Of a DNA stretch of 64,000 bases, positions 27,190 through 39,178 are shown in pieces. The stretch is from Octopus bimaculoides. Lineage: Eukaryota. The stretch spans positions 20,921,569-20,985,568 of the forward strand of contig NC_068994.1 in assembly GCF_001194135.2 (NCBI RefSeq), read 5' to 3'. The notes under the pieces are model-generated. The model was not told where the DNA came from, did no database searches, and saw only the letters and a list, made by a program, of their open reading frames with translations. The number at the start of each line of letters is the position of its first letter. Positions within the stretch are counted from its first letter, which is position 1. The position numbers and the translations under genes are program-made.

Positions 27190-27554
27190 TTACCTCCTCC
27201 TTAGCAAAGGTGGAGGTATTGTTTTCAATCATGTTTGTTTGTTTGTCCGTGGACAAGATATCTCAAGAACCGCTGGATGCATTCAGATGAAACTTTCAGG
27301 GATGTTTAGCCTCGTGGCTGGCACGAACTGGTTAGATTTTGGGATCGATCTGGTACTGGACAAGGATTCTAGATTATTTTTCATGTTTTTACACTTAATT
27401 TTTGAAAGCGGTCAGGTTCACTTTTAGTATTCTCGTTTGTGAGAGCAGTTGAGTTTCTATTTCAGGTATTCTCATTTTAAAAATCATCTCTGGCTAATCG
27501 TTGAGAGGATGTTAGTGTTACCTTGGCGGAGGTTTGCACTCTCTCAGTGCTCTT
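27190..27554 (+). mobile_element. Non-autonomous Helentron-like element (HINE / DINE-1 architecture)
   Basis: 5' hairpin acctcctcc-ttagcaa-aggtggaggt, (GTTT)n microsatellite, 3' sub-terminal IR ccttggcggaggt and terminal stem-loop gcact-ctctc-agtgc. Flanked by TTA repeats. Confidence 0.75.
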
Positions 27555-28375
27555 ATTATTATTATTATTTGAAAGAGAAAGAGAAGTGCTTGTTGAAAGG
27601 TGCGTGAACATGGCAAGAATGATACAAGTGAATGGGCCTACTCTAAACATTCACCTGTTGATGATATGGAGAGGTACTCTATGGTCAGGGCCTCTGTAGT
27701 TTTGTGGGGTTTCCACGAGCAGCCCTAGTCTTCATTTTTAGAGGAATTATTCTGAGTTAAAATTTATATTTTTTGTAATTTCTTTTTGCTTTTTTATATG
27801 CCTTTTATGTTACCCCACATTGTATTGTCCTGTACCTTCCCCAAAATCTTTTTGTGAACCCTTGGTTCACAGCTTTTTTTTAAAGAATAAGTTGGAAAGC
27901 AGTGTCTTATAGATTTTTAGTGACTGTCAAATTGTATCTTTTACTAAGGATAGTAATTAAAAAAATAAACAAAATCTTTGAACAGGTATTAAGTCTAGAT
28001 TCCTATAAGATATAGATGCTTGAATATTTGACAGTCCATTCCACATAACTCTGTTCTATTTTCTTAAACTAGCGTCCTCGTCCCTTTCAATTAATCTTTT
28101 CAAGTGTAGATGCCTCCCAAAACCACCAATACCACTATCATTACTATCTGCTTATCGATAGATAAGTTCTCTTGAACAAATATTTTAGCTCTCAAAGAAG
28201 ATTCTTCCCTGCTCTAGTTTTCATTTTAATCTTTGTTTCTATTACTCATGATAATCAACAAAATCTATTTGTACGCTGATATAGAAATCAATGAGAAAAC
28301 ATTTCCAAATAGCCATGCATATATACCGTACACCTAGGCATATAATGATGTGTGTCAGAGAGAGTGAGAGAATGT

Positions 28376-28562
28376 AGTAGCACTTGAGTGGTTGCTCAGC
28401 CTGCTAGAAACAGCAGCTAAATCTCCTTGATGTCGCATACTAAAAGAAAAGGAACATGTATAACGCAACCTGAGTTCCCTGAAAAAGAGGAGACGGTTAT
28501 GGCTGGTATACCTACGGTCTTAGGTCTGCACGATCTAATCTGACCTGGAGTTAAACAACAAT
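28376..28562 (+). repeat. Old dispersed repeat (SINE-like 3' body)
   Basis: gctcagcctgctagaaacagcagctaaatctcc...gacctggagttaaacaacaa. Degenerate relatives at ~20910-21000, 26320-26500, 30430-30610 and 39735-39900. Confidence 0.55.
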
Positions 28563-28604
28563 GCGCACGCGCGCGTATTTTTGTTTTAATATTTACTAAA
28601 CTAA

Positions 28605-29030
28605 GGGCGGCGAGCTGGTAGAATCGTTAGCACGTTGGGCGAAATGCTTAGTGGTATTTCGTCTGCTGCTATGTTCTGAGTTCAAATTCCGCCGAGGTCG
28701 ACTTTGCCTTTCATCCTTTCGGGGTCGATTAAATAAGTACTAGTTACGCACTGGGGTCGATATAATTTGTTTGTCCCCTCTGTGTGTAGCCCCTTGTGGG
28801 CAGTAAAGAAATAAGAATCGTTAGCAAACCGGGCGAAATGCTTAGCGGTATTTCGTCTGCTGTTACGTTTTGAGTTCTAATTCCGCTGAGGTCGACTTTG
28901 CCTTTCATCCTTTCGGGGTCGATCAAATAAGTACCAGTTACGCACTGGTGTCGAAGTAATCGACTTAATCGCTTTGTCTGTCCTTGTTTGTCCCCTCTAT
29001 GTTTAGCCCCGTGTGGACAATAAAGAAATC
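28605..29030 (+). mobile_element. Head-to-tail dimer of SINE family B
   Basis: Copy 1 spans 28605-28814. Copy 2 spans 28815-29030 and lacks the first ~15 nt. CpGs are intact. Confidence 0.92.
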
Positions 29031-29699
29031 AATACTTACTAAACGATAATTTGAACAATGAATGATATCCATCCATATTTCTTTTAACAGATTTGCTCAG
29101 ATATATTGAGCGAACCTGAAAAGAAACTGAGACTCCAGTAAGAATCAAATTCTCCTTACCTTTGTTGAGGGTTTCTAGTACAGCAATAATTGCACTTAGG
29201 CATCAACAAAGAAGACGTAGGTTCGATTCTTACTCGGCTTCTTTGAGCTTTATTTATTTATTTTTTACATTTACGTTTGCTCTTTGTATCTGCACAACAT
29301 TGCATAAAATGTCAACATGTATGTACTCAACACATCATCAGCATAAATTTTGTTTCTTCATTTCACTCCCATATTCAGACTTTTTGTCCATCCTCTTTTG
29401 CTTTACTCTCCACGCTTCTAACATTTCTCATCGTATTCAATACGACTTTGTTATTTTACATTCTCTTTTCTCTCTCACTCCTTTTTTTAATATCTCTCTC
29501 TCTCTCTCTGCACACTTTTTCCTTCCTTTCTCCTCATGTACTCCCCTTGTATACTCCCTTCATTTCTCTGCGACTCTTTCTCTTCACTATCTTTAATTTA
29601 TTTTCATACTCTCTCTCTCTCTCTCTCTCTCTCTGCTTTCGTTTCTATCGTTTTCTTTTTTTTTTCGCCTCCCTTCCTGTCTCTCTGTTTCTCCTTCCA

Positions 29700-29838
29700 C
29701 CTCCTCTCAATAACGCAGCAGACAACTGTTAATCCAGATTTACTGCTGTCATTTGTTATGACAAAATAAAACATCAAGCATTCGCTATTTTTATTTTAAA
29801 TTATCAAAATCAAATTCATCGAAATCTCTTTCCTATGT
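29700..29838 (+). other. Candidate alternative first exon (start approximate)
   Basis: It shows the same CT-rich then A-rich layout as the 15.5-16.1 kb region and ends at donor ATGT|gtgagt. Confidence 0.35.
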
Positions 29839-30715
29839 GTGAGTATCATTTCGTTTTGTTTTTTCGTCGCCTGCCCTGTTCTCTCTTTCATCTTTATCAA
29901 GCAATGTTGTTTTTACTGTCGGTCTTTCTGTTCCACTTGCCTTCTCTTTTTCCCTACTATTATTTAACAAATATATTATTATACAGATTTAATGTTTATA
30001 TCCTGTTGTCCCGTAGTAACAATAATATAATATATAAAGCTCGATAGAGTAATTCGACGAAATTAGTGTAGTGATTGACGTCGGCAAAAATCAATAAAGT
30101 TCACTAAATGCGTCGATTGAACAAACAAACCTATGAAGTAAATGTGTTCCAACTGTGACCGTCTTTTTGTATATTTAGGGCAACATTATCCTATGTTTCC
30201 TTCCTTTTTAAGACAATTCAAAGGAATTTAGCTGCTATGTCTAGCAGATCGGACTATTACATAGAAAATGAATCATTGACTCGACATGGAATAAGTTAAT
30301 GCGTCTGCTAAGCGAAGAAAACAATTGTAACTTTAATGCTTTTCACAAATTGCCCTGATATTTACGATTTAAAACAAAAACGTCAAAATGTTCTGATTTT
30401 GTTTAAAAGGTTTCGACACAACTTGGGGATCACTATGTGGTTGTCCTTCTGGCTAGAATTTGCAGCCAAATCTCACTCAAATTATATCCTGCTGGTTAAA
30501 TAATAAATAAATGAAAACATTAAATAATGTAGCCCTAGATATCCCTAAAACGATAATGGAATGGTCATAATTTGGATGCTTTAATCAAGGGTCTACTCAA
30601 TCAACAACTCTTCTTATCAGATAGGGGCTCGTGTGTGTATTATAGTATCTCAAGAATTGTGCTTGCAGATGTTATGTGTATTACTGTTATTTATAGGTCT
30701 GAGAATGTGTCATAC

Positions 30716-30761
<46 letters not shown>

Positions 30762-31261
30762 GTGTTATGCAAAATAATGTATATGAATCTTTTACAAGAG
30801 GCTGGCCACACTTTATCAAATTTGAACATGACTATGGTATGCTGAGCCACTGAATTTCAAAAACAATGTTTCTAATTGCAGTGTTAATTAATAAGATATT
30901 TAAATTACATACCTTAGTTGCAGTAATCATAATTTTTCCTTTTATAACATAGGCACAGGGCCTCTGTTTGTGCAAGTGCTATAGTCAATTAAATCTACCC
31001 AGACGAATGTAAGATTAAAGTTGACTCTTACAGGATTTATGCTCAGAATGTAACAGACTGTAAATAAATACCACAAGGCTTTTTGTGCAGTCTGCCACTG
31101 GCTTTATGAGATAGTAACTGTAATAGTAATTAAGTTCAAGAAGCACCAAAAATATATTAGTTTTTCATCCTGTTTAGGTTTAATATGAATTAAAATAGAT
31201 TCAGAATTTTGTTCTTGAGTAATATTGGACAAAAAAGGATATGGTTCTCATTTTATTATTG

Positions 31262-31625
31262 TTCGGTGGCAGAATTGTTAGCACATCAGGCAAAATGCTT
31301 AGCAGTATTTTGTACATCTCTATGTTCTGAATTCAAATTCCACTGAGATTGACTTTACCTTTCATCCTTTCAGTGACAATAGAATAAGTACCAGTTGAGC
31401 GCTGGGGTCGGTGTAATCAACTTACCCCTCCCCTTGAAGTTGCTGGCCTTTTGCCAAAATTTGAAACCATTATTATTATTGTTGTTGTTGCTGTGAGTTA
31501 GCTGACTTAGCATGCCAGACAAAATGCTTAGTGACATTTCATCTGTCTTTATGTTTATGGTCCGAGTTTGCTTTTCATCCTTTTGAGGTCAGTGAAATAA
31601 GTACTAGTCAAGCATTCGGGTCAAT
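31262..31625 (+). mobile_element. Two adjacent SINE family B copies
   Basis: ggtggcagaattgttagcac... to the (ATT)/(GTT) tail at ~31490, then a second degenerate copy. Confidence 0.8.
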
Positions 31626-32147
31626 ATGATGAATATAAAAACAAAATCTGTTAACCTATATACAACCAAGTTTAACTTGTCAACGTAACTCTCAAAATAG
31701 GGAAACTTTCCATTCTAATTTTACATTTTGACCACTTTAGTAAACCAATGCTTAGTATTATAGGACATGGAATTAAATAATAATAAACTTCTCTTGCTGC
31801 AGCTTTTTTCTCTCTCTTTCCTTTTGTTGTTTCAGTTACTTTAACTCTGCAACTTTACATCCTAGTGTCCTTTATACAAATCACTCATCTCTTGTAAGCT
31901 CATTCTCTGAAAGATATCTAGAAAATTACATATTATTTTGATTTGTAAGAATGATGAAAATGTTCACATATTTGGGCAGTATTTCTGAAGACCTTGCGAA
32001 GTCTGAATGAAAAGGATGATGAGGCAGATGTAAACTGATTCATAAGGAGCCTGGAACATGTATAAAGTCTATACATAAAGTCTTACAGCCGTTTCAAAAA
32101 GATATAGGTTACTATGAGCGAGCTAACTCCAATATATATATATATAT

Positions 32148-32561
32148 NNNNNNNNNNNNNNNNNNNNNNNNNNNNNNNNNNNNNNNNNNNNNNNNNNNNN
32201 NNNNNNNNNNNNNNNNNNNNNNNNNNNNNNNNNNNNNNNNNNNNNNNNNNNNNNNNNNNNNNNNNNNNNNNNNNNNNNNNNNNNNNNNNNNNNNNNNNNN
32301 NNNNNNNNNNNNNNNNNNNNNNNNNNNNNNNNNNNNNNNNNNNNNNNNNNNNNNNNNNNNNNNNNNNNNNNNNNNNNNNNNNNNNNNNNNNNNNNNNNNN
32401 NNNNNNNNNNNNNNNNNNNNNNNNNNNNNNNNNNNNNNNNNNNNNNNNNNNNNNNNNNNNNNNNNNNNNNNNNNNNNNNNNNNNNNNNNNNNNNNNNNNN
32501 NNNNNNNNNNNNNNNNNNNNNNNNNNNNNNNNNNNNNNNNNNNNNNNNNNNNNNNNNNNNN
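32148..32561. other. Assembly gap (414 N) flanked by (TA)n
   Basis: N run. Confidence 1.
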
Positions 32562-32602
<41 letters not shown>

Positions 32603-32659
32603 CAAGTTTGTTTCAGTTTCCATCTCCCAAATTCACTCAAAGGCTTTGGTCAACCTTGT

Positions 32660-34380
32660 GACACTCATACCATTGCAGAACTGCCTGATTATTTCCATAG
32701 GCCATGTCAACCAACATTGTTGAAAGCTTTTATAAAGTCAATGAACACCATAGAGGGAAACTTGCTGCTTGATAGCTTTTTCCTGAATTTGCTGCTAAAA
32801 TCATGTTATTAGTACACCTGGACTCATGAAATGCACCCTTCAAGAAGTTTTCATTCTGATGTCTTGTGCTGTCTTTCTCAATAATTTTCAGTCTTGTAAA
32901 TGCTGGTCTATCCCTCCTTGTAAATGCTGGTCTATCTGTGCATCTTTGAACTGTTGTAGTGGGTTAACAAATTGTCAACATTCTCTGAAGAATTAAAAGT
33001 CTGCAGTGCAATTCCTTCCTATCATGCTTATAAACTACCATGAGAGTGTTGTTAGTATCAGGATCTTTTTCTATCCCCTCCTCATATATGGTAGTTTCCA
33101 GTTTCTCCATGTTTGATAGTAAATTTAATCTGATATCTCCTGGAATCTGTTTGAACACATTTTTCATGATTAAAAATTGTTGAGGGTCAGTTTAGTAGGT
33201 TACAAAAATCTCCTTACCAATATTTCATAGTATCACTTTTCTCAATGCATTACCACCTTTGTGGGGACAGTAGACTTTTATCAGACTAGCATAGAAGGCA
33301 TTTACATTGTTCGTATCAGCAAAGGCCTGAATTTTGTCTGCCTTCTGGCAACAATCAGTTCTTCAACAGCTGCAGTTTTTTTTGTAGCAAGACATTTGCA
33401 CCTTTGGGTCAGCTAGTAACGTGCAGCGAATTTTGTCCCTTTAAACTGGCTTGATGATACTTTCATTTTTCACTTAACAGCTGTTGTATATTTGCATTTT
33501 CATCAAACAAGTCAACATATTTATGATTAGGAAGCCAGTTGATGTAGCAGCTGTTTTGCAGATTGCTTTGTGCTGTTAGCTAGTACAATGCTGAGTAACC
33601 TTTTCAATTTGGTGGTTATATTTGTAGCAAGTTCATGTTGTACTTTATTATTTCTCAATTTGTTGGCATCTAGTCTTTTTGTTTCAATTCTGCTCTGTTC
33701 CTTGTCTGTGTTCTCACAGACAAATTGCTTGGTCAGTGAAGCAATCAGCCTTCTCACTCTTCATGGCATGCTTACGGCTTATGCCTGTAATGTTGTCTCT
33801 GCAAGTAAGAGCATAGTTTCACAGTTGTCATCATTTCAAGGGTAGATGGCACCAGCTGCAAATCGACTTTTTGAAAGCTGTTTGTTACTTCTAGATTATA
33901 TTTGTTGAATAGTTTCAGTAGACATTTTCAATGGTGGGTGGTCAGTTGAGTTGCCTTTTTCTAAAGTGACCTAACATGTAGTCCCAGGTTTGGTAATCCC
34001 TCCTTGTTCTTTCATTAAAATACTCGAGACAAGCAGCCTACCAGTTGTTGGCTTTGTATCTGGGGATCTATGCAACAAATCATAGAAATTTTCTTTCCAG
34101 TTCCGTTTATTTGTCATCACTATAACATAAACACTAAAAACAGTTATATTTTGGTTGCTGTCTAATTCCACCTTCATTAGTCTATCAGATGTAGCAATTG
34201 CAAATGACATCAGTTTGCTGACAAGAGGGATCATGATAGCTAGGCCAACATGAGCTTCACTTCATACAACAACCTCACTTCCTTCTCAGATGAGGTTGTA
34301 GTTTTGCTCTCATAACTTTCCTAGCTCACTTAGTCATGTTTCTGATGGTGCAGTAATGTCTATACCATAATACATCATGT
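32660..34380 (-). mobile_element. Decayed BovB-like RTE LINE (APE - linker - start of RT)
   Basis: Remnants ITVFSVYV..MTN...KENFYDLL (APE), ETKRLDANKL (linker) and VFIDFIKAF...GLWK (RT). Confidence 0.75.
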
Positions 34381-34727
34381 CTCTATTAATTTTTGCAGTC
34401 CTTCATTTAGTCCTCCCAGAATATCTTTCTGAAGTTTTGGAATTCAGAAATTACTTTGATGCATTTTCTTGCTTTTTTTTTTTTTTTTTAAATCAGAGAA
34501 ATCAACCAGGTGAAGAGGAGCTGGAGCTTTTCATCCTCTTTTTTATTACTTGGGACAGTCTTGTGATCAGGGAAAGTACCTGATTTTTATTCAAGAGGGA
34601 ATAAGCAACTATATCAGTACTGATGAAGAAAAAAACAAGTTGGGATTACATCAAACCTTAGAGTGTGAAATCCCTATGGCTGTTATGATGAACAAAATAG
34701 AATGTCTATGGAAATTATTGTGTAATG

Positions 34728-35045
34728 CAATGGTTCTCAATCATATCATACCTATGGACCCCTTTGATAACTATTTTATTCTGGTGGACCTCCATAGTCA
34801 TTCAATGTTTAAAAAAAATTCCTCTTTTGTTATTCACTCATTCATATGTAAAATGTTAGAGAAGAAAACCTAGCTGTTTCATTTAAATCAAAATTTTTCA
34901 TGGGCCTTTAAAATACTACTTTGGATCTCCAATTTACTATTTTGCTTGTATGGATCCCCCCCCCACATACACACACCTCACCCCCACCCCCAAAAAACAA
35001 GAAAAATATTTTATATCTTATCTGGATCTCAGTTAGGAACCACTG
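34728..35045. mobile_element. hAT (Charlie-like) MITE
   Basis: TIRs caatggttctcaa / gttaggaaccactg, with an 8-bp TSD gtgtaatg / gtgtagtg (7/8 match). Confidence 0.8.
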
Positions 35046-35963
35046 GTGTAGTGAAATAAATGGTGGTGGTATCTACTGACTGAAAGACAAAGTATAGAGC
35101 TTAAAGAAGGAATACAAAACTAAAAATGTAATTTCAAAATATGGTTAACAATGAATTCTTTAACCCAGTGTATCATGTCTACCACTGAATATTCTGTCTT
35201 TATATAGCATAACTTCATGTAGTGTATAAGTTTCACAGTGCTTCCTATATTGTAATTTTGGTGGACTGAGCCATTTTATCTTTTGGAATAACTTGGTCAC
35301 AAACTCAGTCCAGTGACAGGATACAAAACACCAACCCTCCAGGTTCTGCCCCAGTTATGGGCAAGCTATTCTGAGAAGCAGGCCACATTTCTTGAGAAAC
35401 TTCAATTATCTGAGATTATTCATGCTCTTAGTAGACTAAAACTCCCACTCAGTATGCTTAAAAGTCTAAGTTAACTCCAATTTTAATATCTGTAAAACAA
35501 ACTTGAAAAATAAGTCCTGGAGCCAATTTGTTTGACTGGACCCTTCGTGATGGTGCTCCAGCATGGCCACATTCCAATTAACTGAAACAAGTAAAAGATA
35601 AAAAATAAATCTGTTCTAAATAAATCCATTCTAACAAATAATTAAATATATTTCTTCCTATATAGTTGTTAAACATCCCATTCTGTAGAAAATCTACAAT
35701 AAAATCTTGTTTAAAGATAGCCATCTCAAACTGACCTCATTTCATACCAGTACCACCACTGCTGCAGCTGCTATGTTGTTTTATAACACTTAATTTAACA
35801 ACTTATAATCCCACTCCTTCACTACACTTTTAGCAGCTAATTATGACTCTTTCTTGCTTCAGTAAAACAATAGCTGTTCTTTTAAAATGCTCATTCAAGA
35901 GAAAATCACAAAATATAATTTTATAATTTTAAAATGTCATGATAAATACATAGAATTGTACTA

Positions 35964-37238
35964 TCAGGTCATTAAGAATGAAATGTTCGATTTCCTTATG
36001 CACCAAGTTTGACAGTCGTTAGTTCTATTCTGACAATTCTTTGTTTTACAACAATGAAGAGTTACATCATCACTTTTCAAAACGCAGTTATGGTGTCTGA
36101 TTATATTGTGAGTTTTCTCTTGTAAATAAATTTTTGTGAACCCATGGATAGATCAAAAATCCATGTTGTTTATGAATCTCATATTCATAAACATATTCAT
36201 ATTCATAGAACCAATATATCCCAGACAGTTCGAAACATTCAATGAGATGTTTGGTGAATGACCACACTGTACATGGATGGTTTGAGAAGTTCCTGTCTGG
36301 TAACTTTACTCTTGAAAATCAGCCCTGTGGTAGACCAAAGTAGATAATGGTGAGCTGGAAACTGTAGTGGAAGCAGATACATCTCAAACTACACATGAGT
36401 TAGCAGCAAGGTTTGATGTTTTGATTCCAGCTCTATTGGACCATCTGAAACAAATTGGCATGGTAAAGAAGCTGGACAGGTGGGTACCATATGAATTGAA
36501 CAAGCATCAAATGACACATCGTCTTGAAATTTGCTGTTCTTTGCTGTCACAGCATAAAAGCAAACCATTTTTGCATCATATTGTTATGTGTGATGAAAAA
36601 TGGATTTTTTTCAACAATAGCAAGCGTTCTACATAGTGGTTGGATAGAAACAGAGGGCCAAAACACAATCCAAAAAAGAATATTGACCAAAAAAAGCTAA
36701 TGGTGTCTGTTTGGTGGTCCAGCGCTGGTGTCATCCATTACAGCTTCATGTGACCTGGTAAGTCAATAACAGCGGATGTATGCATCACCCAATTAGATGA
36801 AATGATGAGTAAGCTTGCAATTAAACAACCAAGATTGATCAATAGAGATGGACCAATTCTCTTGCAAGACAATGCTCAACCACATGTTGCACAAAGAATG
36901 CTACTCAAGTTACAGGAACTGAACTTGAAAAATACTCTGTCATCCACCATATTCACCAGACCTTGCACTAACTGACTATAACATTTTCCAGGCATTAGAC
37001 AACTTTTTGCAAGGAAAAAACTTCAAATCTGAAAAAGATGCAAAAGCATCCTTTCGTGATTTCATCATCTCTTGCTCTCCAGAATTCTTTGCTGCCAGCA
37101 TAAATAAGCTGCCGATAAAATGGCAAAGTTATGTTGATAATTTAGGTGCATACTTTGGTTAACTGCATTGCTTTTTGTTGAGATTAAGTAAAATAAACTT
37201 TCAGTTCAAAATCGGACATTTCATTCTTAATGACCTGA
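35964..37238 (+). mobile_element. Full-length (1275 bp) mariner transposon with a disrupted DD34D transposase, Hsmar1/cecropia-like
   Basis: TA TSD and 30-bp TIRs with 1 mismatch (tcaggtcattaagaatgaaatgt[t/c]cgattt). Motifs WVPYEL, CDEKW, QDNAQPH and HPPYSPDLA. Stops and frameshifts are present. Confidence 0.97.
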
Positions 37239-38771
37239 TATATCTAAGTCCCTATGCATGTGTATTTGCTTGTATATACATGTGTATCTAATTTTCTTGG
37301 CATCAACTGAGTTGTTTTAAACAGGTTACTAATGATTATTATTAATTGCCAAGAACTTTCTCTTTTTTACCCCCTAATTTTGTTCTAAGAAATTTTTATA
37401 TAACTTCATGTAATTTAATAAATTACATCAAATGGATTAAGAAATTCTTTGTGAGGAAATTAAAATTTCTCAAAACAAATATTCAAAAATAAGGAAAAAT
37501 AATTGTTTAATTTTTATTCTTGCAAGTCTACCAAATAATATCTGCCATGCCTTCACCTTATTTCCTTTATATCTTATATAAATAGTCCAAAACAAATTAA
37601 GAAAATTCTGTAGAAATCTCCAGGCTTGTTGTTCATGGTTAGATTTAATAACATACGAATGAACTACTTATGATTAAATGAAGCAAAGAAGAAGCTGGTA
37701 TGTAAGCTACTTGACTTGCAGCAGACAAATTTAAGTATCTAAATTGCTGTATCTACGTATTCATTTCCTCATGATGCCCAGCCTGGAGTAAAATTTGGTC
37801 AGACTTTACAAGTTGGATTATGTTCTAATGGCAGACTATTCATCTAGACTTTATAAAGCTGCAAGCTGCTCAGCAGCTTAGTGATCTGAATCCATATCTT
37901 ACCATGTTTAACTTATTCTTTCACTCTTCTGAGATTAGTAAAATAGTGTGCCAATAATAAACTGACAGGTTTATATCTTCTCAAAACTGAGTTAATAGGT
38001 TACCACCAACAGGTTTTAAATTGATAATTTGTGTACCATTGATCCGCTTTAGAAAAGCAGTATTCAAGAATACTGACTCCTGAAAGATTATAATAATTCT
38101 ATGAATATATATTAAGCATTCAGGTGTTCCTTGAATATTTAATAACTTATTCTTAACCCTACAAAACTCTCTATTTGCATAGAGACTGCAGAAGATTGAC
38201 CAGATTGAATTATACTCAGAGTTTTTATACTTTATATTTAAGAATAGTTCCATCAGCCCAGAGTGATGCATTGGCAGAACTATTAGAGGGTCAGGCAAGA
38301 TGCTTTGTGATAGCTGTTGTGGTCCTTTCCATTCTGACGATAATTGATGCTTGCAATGACAGTTATGACAAGTTGTAAATTGGCCTAAGTTGGTGACTTT
38401 TTCTTTGAATGAACATTAGTATCATGAAGATGGGAGACTTCCTCCTCTTTTGCAGCACCAAGATGCAATTACTATATGTATGCAATGGAAACAATGTTAT
38501 ACTTTTCTTACTTATAAACAGCATACAAGACTCAAACCTTTTACAAATGCTGGGCTTCATGGTCTTTGATGATCTTTCATAACAGTGACAGGTCTATAAA
38601 ATTGTAAAGGTTACAAGTGCTGTCCTTTCTTCTCAAACAAGATACATTTTTAAGAATAAAAAATTACAACCAAGCCACCACTGAATGTGCCAGGAGCTTA
38701 CTCTGGTTCTTGCCTATAAAATGTAGGTATTCATTTCTCAGACTGACACAAGATTATAAATTAAAATATTA

Positions 38772-39178
38772 GGCACAGGAGTGGCTGTGTGGTAAGCAGC
38801 TTGCTTACTAACCACATGGTTCCGGGTTCAGTCCCACTGTGTGGCACTTTGGGCAAGTGTCTTCTACTATAGCCTCGGGCCGACCAAAGCCTTGTGAGTA
38901 GATTTGGTAGACGGAACTGAAAGAAGCCCATCGTATATATGTATATATATATATATATATGTGTGTGTGTATGTGTCTGTGTTTGTCCCCCCAACATCAC
39001 TTGACAGCCGATGCTGGTGTGTTTTACGTCCCCATAACTTAGTGGTTCGGCAAAAGAGACCGATAGAATAAGTACTAGGCTTACAAAGAATAAGTTCTGG
39101 GATTGATTTGCTCGACTAAAGGCAGTGCTCCAGCATGGCTGCAGTCAAATGACTGAAACAGCTAAAAGAGTAAAAGAG
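38772..39178 (+). mobile_element. Full-length, relatively young SINE family A (octopus OK-like)
   Basis: ggcacaggagtggctgtgtggtaag (A box), ggttcagtccc (B box), central (TA)n(TG)n and taaaagag tail repeats. Confidence 0.95.

Larger units (their letters stand above)
28300..30450. promoter_or_regulatory. CpG-retaining island, putative alternative or bidirectional promoter
   Basis: CpG is visibly frequent in unique sequence (gcgcacgcgcgcg, ttcgacgaa, gacgtcggc) and in the resident SINEs, unlike decayed copies elsewhere. It has (CT)n tracts and splice donors on both strands. Confidence 0.5.

Noticed and set aside
29162-29769. Overlapping 77-151 aa Phe/Leu/Ser-rich ORFs (similar ones at 14969-15317 and 42514-42893)
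   Set aside because: They are translations of CT/T-rich low-complexity DNA, are open in several frames and have no splice or domain support.
32040-32147. Half hammerhead on the minus strand (GAAAC-ggct-GTA-agac)
   Set aside because: No CTGANGA core or stem II is visible before the assembly gap, so it cannot be supported.
32083-32640. Long ORFs across 32.1-32.6 kb
   Set aside because: They are artefacts of the N gap and (TA)n.
38772-38850. tRNA gene calls from A/B boxes (here and in other SINE heads)
   Set aside because: There is no complete cloverleaf, and each head continues into a SINE body and tail.
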